NCBI GenBank assembly: GCA_900234795.1
Contig: LT962688.1
Coordinates: forward strand, 5,490,001-5,522,000
DNA from: Methylorubrum extorquens
GTDB taxonomy: Bacteria > Pseudomonadota > Alphaproteobacteria > Rhizobiales > Beijerinckiaceae
Length of the DNA: 32,000 nt
Direction of reading: 5' to 3'
Shown: piece by piece, positions 24,781 to 32,000 of the stretch
Numbering within the stretch: the first letter of the stretch is position 1
Layout: the number at the start of each line of letters is the position of its first letter
Program-made: the position numbers and the translations under genes
The notes under the pieces: model-generated
What the model was told of the DNA's origin: nothing
Database searches by the model: none
Seen by the model: the letters and a program-made list of their open reading frames with translations, nothing else

Positions 24781-25900
24781 TGAGCCATGTTGGAGTTGCC
24801 CCGGTTTGTGGTCCACGGCCTATGCAAGTTCTCGGGCTGTGACAGCTTGATTGGCGAAGGCTCGGGGCGTCAAGCCGCCCAGGGCCGTGTGGGGTCGATC
24901 TTCGTTGTAGTGGCACCTCCAGTCCTCGATGCGCTCGCGGGCATCGGCCAGCGACAGGAACCACGAGGCGTTCAGGCATTCCGCCCCTAGGCGGCCGTTG
25001 AACGCTTCGATGTAGGCGTTGTCGGTCGGCTTGCCCGGTCGTGAGAAGTCGATCTCAACTCCGTTCAGGTAGGCCTACCGGTCGAGCATGCGCCCGGCGA
25101 ACTCCGGTCCATTGTCCACCCGCAGGCTCTTGGGCCGCCCCCGCAGCCGGACCAAGGCGTCCGGGGCCTCGGTCACCTAGAAGGCGCGGAAGTTGGCTCT
25201 CGGTGTGACCGAGAGCGCCTCTCGCGTATGGCAATCGACCACCGTCAGGATCCGTAACGGACGCTCGTCGAACAGGCGATCAGACATGAAGTCCATGGCC
25301 CAGACCTCGTTGGGCCCCGCTATGGCCGGCCGCCCTTGCCGGTAGCGCCAGACCCGTTTGCGCTTCGGCAGCTTGGTTCGGATCGACAGTCCCTCGTCCC
25401 GGTAGATCTGGCAGGTGCGCTTGTGGTTTACGGCCCAGCCCTCCCGCCGCAACAGGATGTGCAGCCGTCGGTAGCCGTAGCGCACCCGTCCAGCAGCGAG
25501 CTCCTTCAGCCGCATCCGCAGCGCCACCTGCGGATCAGAGCGCTTCCTCTAACGCTGGGACGAGCGACCGAAGCCGGTGGCCCTGGCAGGGCCCGTCGCT
25601 CGCTGACGTCATAGGCCACCTGCATAGGGCCAGCGGCGCTCCCAAACCATCTGTCGCTCGTCGCTACGGACCACGAGGAAGAGGGATTGCGCGTGCAGGC
25701 ACTCTCTCGTGCCTTCCACTCGGTAAGGTGGGGCCGGTCTGACTGAGCGCAACACGTGGGTGGGTCGAGCCTTCGACTTCCTTATCATGGGTGCGGAAGC
25801 CGCTGGCCTGTTGGATCTGGTTAGCGCTCTAGCCGAACTGCCGGCCTCCGAGCCGCTGCCCGAAGAAGTCGCCCGATCCGTCCGCACTCCGCATCCAATT
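24781..25900 (-). mobile_element. degenerate IS3-family element (right end present, left end not identifiable)
   Basis: The terminal sequence TGAGCCATGTTGGAGTTGCCCCGGTTTGTGGTCC at 24781 resembles the other IS3 ends in this window (…CCGGT-TTTGG-CC). The interior is an OrfB-type gene with in-frame stops. The OrfA region is barely recognisable. Confidence 0.6.
24820..25605 (-). pseudogene. IS3-family OrfB transposase with two in-frame TAG stops and an upstream frameshift
   Basis: ...VSERRAL...RKRSDPQVALRMRLKELAAGRVRYGYRRLHILLRREGWAVNHKRTCQIYRDEGLSIR...VWAMDFMSDRL...[74 protein letters not shown]...[20 protein letters not shown]. The stops are at 25177-25179 and 25075-25077. Confidence 0.8.
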
Positions 25901-26113
25901 TCATGATGGCGACCGCAGCCGCATCGTCGGCGTGGCTCTGTACAGCAAGCCCGGCGTGCTGCTCCCGCACTTCGTCGCCAGCCGACCGCGTCATTGCAAG
26001 ACAGCTTCGGCCCAGCTCGACTTGTTTGCCGATCTTCGGTGAGGAACTGACGTTCGGGATACCAAGAGCCGGCCGGCAGGTTAGAGTCTTCGTTCGGCAC
26101 AGGAGGAACGCAT

Positions 26114-26323
26114 ATGGCAACTGGCACGGTGAAGTGGTTCAACGGCACGAAGGGCTACGGCTTCATCCAGCCCGACGATGGCGGCAAGGACGTGTTCGTG
26201 CACATCTCAGCGGTCGAGCGGGCTGGCCTGCGCGAACTCGCGGAGGGGCAGAAGGTGTCCTACGAGGTCGAGATCGATCGCCGCAGTGGCAAAGAGTCGG
26301 CCGGCCAGCTTCAAGTCGGCTGA
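26114..26323 (+). CDS. cspA: cold-shock protein, CspA family (69 aa)
   Basis: [38 protein letters not shown]... contains the RNP1 (KGYGFI) and RNP2 (VFVHI) motifs. AGGAGG lies 7 nt upstream of the ATG. Confidence 0.95.
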   Translation: MATGTVKWFNGTKGYGFIQPDDGGKDVFVHISAVERAGLRELAEGQKVSYEVEIDRRSGKESAGQLQVG

Positions 26324-26336
26324 TCAGGGGGCGTCC

Positions 26337-26720
26337 CTTAACATTACAGCTGCATTCGTCTTCTGAGATGGCCTGCCGAGCAGCAGCTTGGTGGGCATGT
26401 CGCCACACTGACCATGCGAGCACGAAGGCGGGCTCAATGCGCCGCTGCGCCAGCCGCATTGCCACGCGTCGGATCTCCTGGACAGACCACGGTACCTCGA
26501 GCTTGGCGATGAGCGTCGTTTTCGGGGGCGGCCCGTTAGCGAGCCGGCACACCCGCGCCAGCATCGCAAAAGCCAGCATCACCAAGCCGACGTGCCGGTG
26601 CCACCCACGCAAATGGCACCTCTGCCTGGATGGCCCGCTCGATCATGGCGAGCGCGAGCTTCGGCTTGGTGGCGAAGGTGATCGCCTCACTTCTGGGCGA
26701 AGAGTCAGTGTCCGCTCCCC
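26337..26720 (-). pseudogene. IS701-like (IS4 superfamily) transposase remnant with a large internal deletion
   Basis: ...RSEAITFATKPKLALAMIERAIQAEVPFAWV joins directly, in a different frame, to RGWHRHVGLVMLAFAMLARV...LEVPWSVQEIRRVAMRLAQRRIEPAFVLAWSVWRHAHQAAARQA (the conserved C-terminal end). The DDE core between them is missing. Confidence 0.6.
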
Positions 26721-26761
26721 ACCCTGAATAAATCTATGGTTGTGCTATCGCGTGTGTATGT

Positions 26762-28534
26762 AAAACGACCGGACCCTGTTGGCGAATTCCGAGCGGTGGT
26801 GGGCTGGGTGTAGGGTGGCCGTCCCGCCCGGAGGCCGCTCATGTCGCTCCGCCCGCAATCCGCGCTCCCGCCGGTGCCTGAGGACACGGCTCGGATCGCT
26901 CGAACCGCGTTCCGCCGCGGCAATCCCTACCTGCTGCTGCGGGATCACCTCGGTCCCATTTTCGCCGACACGGCCTTTGCCGATCTCTATCCGGCGCGCG
27001 GCCAGCCCGCCTACGCACCCTGGCGTCTGGCCCTCGTCACGCTGATGCAATTCCGAGAAGGCCTGAGTGATCACTAGGCCGCCGAGGCCGTCCGGGCGCG
27101 GATCGACTGGAAGTACCTGCTGGCGCTCGACCTCATCGATTCCGGCTTCGACCACAGCCTCCTGTGCGAGTTCCGGGGCCGCCTCCTGCAGCACGCGGCC
27201 AGCGAACGCTTGCTGGCCCGCATCCTTGATACCGCGCGCGATCAAGGCCTGCTCAAGGCGCGGGGCCGTCAGCGCACCGACAGCACGCACGTGCTCGCAG
27301 CCGTGCGCGACCTCAATCGGGTCGAGCTTCTGGCCGAGACGTTGCGCGCGGCCCTCAATGCCGTCGCGATAGTCGCCCCGGCTTGGCTACGTGTTCTCGC
27401 TCCGCCCGAGTGGGACTCACGCTACGATCATCGGATCGAGGAAACGCGCCTGCCGGAGACCGGCGCGAAGCGCGAGGCTTACGTCCTCCAGGTCGGGGCC
27501 GATGGCTATCGCCTACTCGACGCCCTGGACGACGCGGATGCGCCGCCGCCGGCCGCGGCCTTGGCCGCGGTCGCCGTGCTGCGACGGGTGTGGGCGCGCC
27601 ACTTCGTGCGGGGGAGCGGCACGGACGGCGAGGCCGGCTGGGTGCGGCTGCGCGAGGTGCGGGGGCGTGGTCCAGGCGACCGTGTCGAGTCGCCCTACGA
27701 CATCGACGCCCGGTTCCGGGCCAAGTCCGGAACCGACTGGACGGGGTACATGGTCCACCTGACGGAGACCTGCGACCACGGCCTGCCGCGGTTGGTCGTC
27801 CACACCGACACCACGCCGGCCAACGTGCACGAAGCCGTTCGCACCGGCGCGATCCACGAAGCGCTGTCCGAGGCAGGTTTGACACCGTCCGAGCATCTGG
27901 TCGATTCCGCGTACGTGAGCGCCGAGCAACTGGTAGCGGCCACCGCACGGTACGGGATCGATCTGATCGGCCCAACGCGGTCCAATCACAGTTGGCAGCG
28001 GCGCAATGCCGAGGCGATCCAGGTGGCGGACTTCATCGTCGACTGGGAGCGCCGCCGGGTGCGATGTCCGGAGGGCCATGAGAGCACGAGCTGGGGCGAG
28101 TACCGGGACGCGGCGAACGCTCGCCCGTTCAACCGAGCCAGCTTCAGCCCTGGCGACTGCCGTCCTTGTCCGGCCAAGCCGCGCTGTACGCGGGCGACGA
28201 GCCGCCGGCTGACCCTACACCCGCGTGCCGAGCACGAGGCGTTGGCCGCGGCGCGCAAGCAGCACGAGAGCGAGCAGGGCCGACGCCTGTACGAGCAACG
28301 GCAGGGCATCGAGGGCACGATCTCGCAGGGCGTGCGCAGCTTCGGCCTGCGCCGAGCCCGCTACCGTGGACTGGCGAAGACGACCTTCCAAGGGGTGGCC
28401 ACGGCCGCTGCCCTCAATCTCGATCGTCTTGCCGCTTGGTTCGGGCACAGACCCCTGGCTTCGGCGCACACCTCACGCTTCAGCGCTCTCGCCACGTAGC
28501 CATCGACTTCGCCAACAGTGTCCGAACGTTTAGG
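26762..28534 (+). mobile_element. IS1182-family insertion sequence (about 1.77 kb)
   Basis: The imperfect terminal inverted repeats are AAACGACCGGACCCTGTTGGCGAATTC (26763-26789) versus the reverse complement of GACTTCGCCAACAGTGTCCGAACGTTT (28505-28531), about 23/27. They enclose a single transposase reading frame. Confidence 0.8.
26841..28499 (+). pseudogene. IS1182-family transposase interrupted by one in-frame TAG (27075-27077)
   Basis: ORFs 26841..27077 and 27210..28499 are in the same frame. Read through, the sequence is ...LMQFREGLSDH*AAEAVRARIDWKYLLALDLIDSGFDHSLLCEFRGRL... (conserved N-terminal transposase domain), then ...ESPYDIDARFRAKSGTDWTGYMVHLTETCD...DSAYVS...YEQRQGIEGTISQGVRSFGLRRARYRGLAKT (DDE part). 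Confidence 0.85.
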
Positions 28535-28643
28535 TGACCATCCTGGTCAGCCGCTTACGACCCCGAGCGCCCCTGTGTGATTGCTGTGATGAGGGACCGT
28601 TCCCGAAGAAATAGCGGACCTCCATAGGGCTAAGGCGCTGCGC

Positions 28644-28880
28644 TCACCGGAGCTTGACCAAATCCTTGAACAGCAGGAGAGCGAGCACGACACCTTCAGC
28701 GCTCGTGATCTCGAACCGTTGGCCGTCGAGCACTTCACCAGCCTTCAGCTTTTCCGCCAGGAGGAAGCGCGCACCCTGAGCCGCCTCTTCGCGCGCCGCG
28801 GCAAGGTCCGGCAGCTCGCTCCCGTCCGGGTCCTCAATCAGCGTTGCACCGTCGCGGATGTGGAAGAAGAAGCGAGGCAT
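28644..28880 (-). CDS. DUF6894-like small protein (78 aa)
   Basis: MPRFFFHIRDGATLIEDPDGSELPDLAAAREEAAQGARFLLAEKL matches the MPRYFFH-x-x-D-G...D-x-x-G-x-E-L-x-D-x-x-AA-x-x-EA pattern of that family. Confidence 0.6.
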   Translation of the reverse strand: MPRFFFHIRDGATLIEDPDGSELPDLAAAREEAAQGARFLLAEKLKAGEVLDGQRFEITSAEGVVLALLLFKDLVKLR

Positions 28881-28979
28881 CGACTCCTAACGCCTTTGCC
28901 CCGGCTAGGTTTCAATCCGATATCGGACCGATGATGACGGACGATCCTTCCGGGATGCAGAGCCAGATCAGCGGCAGCC

Positions 28980-29641
28980 TTATGCCTCTGCCAGCAGCCG
29001 CTCGTACTCGGCCTCGGCCGGGCCGTAGGTGTCGCCGGCCAGCTCCTTCAGCTTCTCGCGGTCAAGCACGATGATGCGCCCGCGCTTGGCCTTGATCATG
29101 CCGGCGCCCTCCAGGATGTGCGTCGCCGAAGTGACGCCAGGCCGGCGCACGCCCAGCATCATCGCCATGAACTCGTGCGTCATGGGCAACTCGTCCTGGC
29201 TGAGGCGATCGTCGGTCATGAGAATCCAACGGGCGAGCCGCGCCTCAACGTTGTAGTCGGCATTGGCGTAGACCGATTGCCCGACCTGGACAATCAGGCT
29301 CTGGACGTACCGTCCGAGCACACCCCGCAGTGCCCGGCTGGCATCGAGTGCCGCCTCAAGCTCACGCGCAGCAATCTGCAAGGCCGTGCCCTCAGCCTGC
29401 ACCATCGCGATGTGCGGCATGCGGTCCGTGCCCAGCACACCCCATTGGACCGTTCCACATGGACAAGCCCTTTAGGAGCGCCGAAAGCGTACCGGCGCGC
29501 TGGTGTCGGCAATGGGGTGGGCACCGTAACATCTTCGCTTGAGAGACCATTGCAGTCGGCTTCGACAACTGGGCCGTTGGCGTAAATAATCAAACAGTTT
29601 TTCGGCAGCGTGTTACAGTGGTGACTGCCATGATTCGGCAT
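28980..29641 (-). pseudogene. Crp/Fnr-family transcriptional regulator with an internal deletion and frameshift in the cNMP-binding domain
   Basis: The C-terminal part is intact (28980..29438): ...EARLARWILMTDDRLSQDELPMTHEFMAMMLGVRRPGVTSATHILEGAGMIKAKRGRIIVLDREKL (HTH). The N-terminal part lies in another frame (…NTLPKNCL…ARRYAFGAPKGLVHVERSNG). About 17 residues of the beta-roll appear to be missing at about 29440-29460. Confidence 0.65.
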
Positions 29642-29685
29642 AGTACATTTGACGTAACCAGCCGGCAACGCGCGGAGGGTCTGTC

Positions 29686-29955
29686 ATGAAGTACGTCTTG
29701 GTTGCTTTCGGTCTCTTTGCAGGCCTGCTCGCATACGTCCCGACGGAAGCCAATGCCCTCGTCTGCGCTCGCGGCGTCTATCGGGCCGGGTGCGTCGGCC
29801 CTCGTGGCGCGGTTGCCGTCCGGCGCGGATATTACGGCCCGCGTGCGGTTGGAGTCGTGCGACGCGGATATTACGGACCGCGCGCAGTAGGGGTCGTTCG
29901 GCGTGGATACTACGGGCCGCGGGCGGTCGGCGTCCGTCGCTACCGGCGCTGGTGA
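29686..29955 (+). CDS. small secreted basic repeat peptide (89 aa; three RRGYYGPRAVGV[VR] repeats)
   Basis: GGAGGG lies 6 nt upstream of the ATG. The signal peptide is MKYVLVAFGLFAGLLAYVPTEANA/LV. The mature part has two Cys followed by three 13-aa repeats. The repeats differ from each other almost only at synonymous third positions, which supports translation. Confidence 0.65.
   Translation: MKYVLVAFGLFAGLLAYVPTEANALVCARGVYRAGCVGPRGAVAVRRGYYGPRAVGVVRRGYYGPRAVGVVRRGYYGPRAVGVRRYRRW
29821..29937 (+). repeat. 3 x 39-bp tandem repeat (coding, in frame)
   Basis: The units are 29821-29859, 29860-29898 and 29899-29937. Unit 1 versus unit 2 shows 7 differences, all third-position and synonymous. 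A degenerate half unit (GPRGAVAV) precedes at 29797-29820. Confidence 0.9.
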
Positions 29956-30037
29956 CGCCCGTCTACCATGTCTTCGCATAGGCGAAGTCCAATGCCCCGT
30001 CTCTGATGGGGGCTTTGGGCCTCCATGCTTGCTCGGC

Positions 30038-31366
30038 TTACGCAAGACCCTGTTTGCGCTCGAACTTCGGAGTGGCTTCGGCGGCGGCAAGGTCGCCGAG
30101 GCGCTTCTCGATGGTCACGCGCAATTGCGAGATGATCGGCTCGATAAGCTGGAAATGATCCCGCTCGATATCGCCCGCGGCGAGCCTCTCGAAGAGCCAC
30201 TCCGTCATGCGTTCAAGCTCCACGTCGGCGGTGGCCAGCTGATCGGCCGAGCCAGCCTTGGCTAGGTGCATGAGCTCAACCACCCGACGAAGTTTCGCCC
30301 GGGCCTCGTTGCTGCGGCGCAGCGTGTTCCGGGAGGCGACCCAGCCAACGACAGGAGCGAGGACGGCGAAGACCATGACGGCAAGCCAGTAGTAGTTGAC
30401 CGTCTGGTCGAGCAGGCTCTCCTGCTCGCCGTTCAGGTAGGCCAGCGTCCCAGGATGGACCGGGAGCAGCGAGGACCTCTCGGTGTCGGGAGGCTCCATC
30501 TGGCTTGCTGCCGGCAAGACGGTGACGAGCTTCGCCTTCGTCGTCATCAGCAGCCGCGTAAGTTCGCCTGCCACGCGATCGGGCAACGAGGCGCGGGAGA
30601 CGAGCAGGATGCGGACGGCGAAGGTGTTGATCGTTTCCGCGGGTTCGGTCGGCGTTCCCCCGAAGGTCCCCTGTTTGATCTGGACCGATTGGTAGGACGG
30701 CCACCGGGCGGCGATAGCATCCGCTTCCGCGATGTCCAAGTATGACGGCTTGGCCTTGAAGCTCTTCCGGATGCCGGCGAAGGCGTCCGGGATCGGCCCT
30801 GGCCCCAGCGACCCGGTGACGAGCGCGGCGGCGACGCGCCTCGCCTTCAACGCAGACCCGAATTCCGCCGACGGCATCTCGATCAGGTCCGCCTCGCGCA
30901 GGCCATAGAACGCGGTGAGGGCTTTGAGCAGGCCGGGATCGAACCCCTTAGCCACGGCGAGCTTCATGCCCACGAGCTCGCTCACGTTCTCGATCTTCGC
31001 TTCCGGTGGCAGAAGGACGGCGACCCCGTCCTGCCGCAGCACGAAGATCGTTCGTCCGTGCGCCGCCGCCTCGTCGTCGCTCCTCACGACGGCGAGATCG
31101 ACCCGGCCGTCGATGAGGGACTTGGCGCTCTGGGCCAGACTCTCCGTCGGCACAGGAACGAGGCGCACGAGGGGGTGCTCCGCAGAAAGATCGCGGATGA
31201 ACGCGGCGAGCACCTTCTGTCCGTCGCTCCCGATCGGGCCGGTCGCCAACGTCAACGTGTATCTAGCGGAGATCAGCGACGGGTAGCGCGTCAGGGGGTA
31301 TGCGCCGGCTACCGCCACCGCGCCGAGGAGGCCCAGTGTCGCGACGACCTTGAGCCAGAGCCTCAT
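30038..31366 (-). CDS. TAXI-family (TRAP-associated) solute-binding protein with a C-terminal TM helix and coiled tail
   Basis: 442 aa with an N-terminal signal/anchor. YTLTLATGPIGSDGQKVLAAFIRDL...ESLAQSAKSLIDGRVDLAVVRSDD... and LPVHPGTLAYL fit the TAXI pattern. A TM helix (YYWLAVMVFAVLAPVVGWVA) is followed by a ~90-aa helical tail. Confidence 0.6.
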   Translation of the reverse strand: MRLWLKVVATLGLLGAVAVAGAYPLTRYPSLISARYTLTLATGPIGSDGQKVLAAFIRDLSAEHPLVRLVPVPTESLAQSAKSLIDGRVDLAVVRSDDEAAAHGRTIFVLRQDGVAVLLPPEAKIENVSELVGMKLAVAKGFDPGLLKALTAFYGLREADLIEMPSAEFGSALKARRVAAALVTGSLGPGPIPDAFAGIRKSFKAKPSYLDIAEADAIAARWPSYQSVQIKQGTFGGTPTEPAETINTFAVRILLVSRASLPDRVAGELTRLLMTTKAKLVTVLPAASQMEPPDTERSSLLPVHPGTLAYLNGEQESLLDQTVNYYWLAVMVFAVLAPVVGWVASRNTLRRSNEARAKLRRVVELMHLAKAGSADQLATADVELERMTEWLFERLAAGDIERDHFQLIEPIISQLRVTIEKRLGDLAAAEATPKFERKQGLA

Positions 31367-32000
31367 CGCGCGCCTGCCCTGACGAGCGGGTCAGGGAGCG
31401 ATTGGATGCGCCAACGCTCCACGAGAGAGAGGGCGCCAATCGCATAGGCCGAGGCGAGGAGCACGTTGAGCAAGCGGCTCACGAACGCTTCCCCGCTCCC
31501 GCCCGGCAGCGGCGTCAGGCCGAGCCCCAGCAGCAGGATGAAGGTCGCGAACGCGATCACATAGACGGGGGCCCGGTCGCCCGACGTCACGATGCGGCTC
31601 GCGAACATCAGGCTCGCCGCGAGGCAGACTGCGACGGAGAACGCGAGCGTGTTGCTCAGGAGGATGAGGTTGTAGACGAATGCAGCCGCGAGGCCGCCGA
31701 TCAGGTTGCCGAGGATCAAGCCGAGCGCGGCCCGCTGTCCCTGCCCGGCATCGTGCTGGCGCAGCAGGGTCAAGATCACGATCAGGACGACGACCGCAAC
31801 CTCGCTCGCGTCGAGAATAAACCACGCCAGGACCGGAAGCAGGACGAGGGTGTCGAGGAGGGCGTGGCGCGCAGCCGTCACGGGGTCCGTGCGCTGCCCT
31901 CCCGCTGCTGCCCCCATCTCTGCTGCCGAAGGAGCCGGAAAGACTGCATGCGCCGCCCATACCGCCAGCAGCGCGACGAGACCGGCCGACAGCAGCGCGG
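31363..32000 (-). CDS. FUSC / DUF2955-like polytopic inner-membrane protein, C-terminal part (gene continues past the right edge)
   Basis: The reading frame is open from position 32000 down to the stop at 31363. It has several TM segments (LVLLPVLAWFILD..., LILGNLIGGLAAAFVYNLILL..., VYVIAFATFILLLGLGL...). The stop overlaps the downstream ATG (ATGA at 31363-31366). Confidence 0.45.
   Translation of the reverse strand, partial: ALLSAGLVALLAVWAAHAVFPAPSAAEMGAAAGGQRTDPVTAARHALLDTLVLLPVLAWFILDASEVAVVVLIVILTLLRQHDAGQGQRAALGLILGNLIGGLAAAFVYNLILLSNTLAFSVAVCLAASLMFASRIVTSGDRAPVYVIAFATFILLLGLGLTPLPGGSGEAFVSRLLNVLLASAYAIGALSLVERWRIQSLPDPLVRAGAR

Noticed and set aside
25900-26113. The long 5' leader of the cold-shock gene as a possible RNA thermosensor.
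   Set aside because: A long leader is expected for csp genes, but part of this region is probably the decayed left portion of the IS3 element. I could not identify a conserved cold-box or alternative pairing by eye.
25075-27077. All premature stops in the IS pseudogenes are TAG (25075-25077, 25177-25179, 27075-27077, and one in the IS3 derivative at about 13790). I considered amber suppression or recoding.
   Set aside because: In a high-GC genome CAG and TGG are the commonest one-step precursors of a stop, and both give TAG by a single transition. The pattern is what random decay predicts. There is no suppressor tRNA or recoding signal in the window.
29821-29937. The tandem repeat as a possible CRISPR array or VNTR.
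   Set aside because: There are only three contiguous 39-bp units without spacers. They are in frame inside a well-supported small ORF, and they are maintained at the protein level rather than the DNA level.

Overview
GC-rich (about 65-70%) alphaproteobacterial-looking DNA (Methylobacterium/Bradyrhizobium-like gene families; the taxon is inference). It reads as an accessory or plasmid-derived region heavily reworked by insertion sequences. The one clear functional module is a periplasmic nitrate reductase operon, napE-napD-napA-napB-napC, on the minus strand (8040 to 3903). A DUF4142 gene overlaps the napC stop. Two junctions in this operon are anomalous. napA and napB form one uninterrupted 989-aa ORF across a G7 homopolymer. 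The expected napC N-terminus is out of frame across a C5/G5 run. The operon is bracketed by two ~146-bp direct repeats with a 117-nt identical core. By my own coordinates about 9.5 kb (~30%) of the window is IS-derived: 14 segments from 7 families (IS3, IS110, IS5, IS1182, IS630, IS481, IS701). Only two IS110-family elements and one IS630-family element look intact. Notable mobile-element structures:
- A ~414-bp non-autonomous IS3 deletion derivative is present twice, plus a solo end.
- An IS110 element is nested in one of those copies, and its 180-nt leader contains short matches to its own junctions, as expected for a bridge RNA.
- A second IS110 element splits an IS481 transposase gene that can be rejoined in frame.
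- An IS630 element sits exactly in the TA of a stop codon.
Other content:
- an Omp25/31-like outer membrane protein
- AraC and LysR regulators, the latter divergent from an OsmC-like gene
- a 5'-truncated plasmid replication initiator (RepA/RPA type)
- a cold-shock protein
- a Crp/Fnr regulator with an internal deletion
- a truncated SRAP gene
- a TAXI-type solute-binding protein overlapping a FUSC/DUF2955-like membrane gene
- many small DUF-type genes (DUF768, DUF1003, DUF2934, DUF1488, DUF6894, SPW repeat, 4-fold beta flower)
- a small secreted Arg/Gly/Tyr repeat peptide whose three 39-bp repeats differ almost only at synonymous positions.
I found no rRNA, tRNA or CRISPR array, and no convincing multi-gene system of a new type. 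The most unusual items are the nap junction anomalies, the repeat-bracketed nap module, the IS110 leader matches and the repeat peptide.
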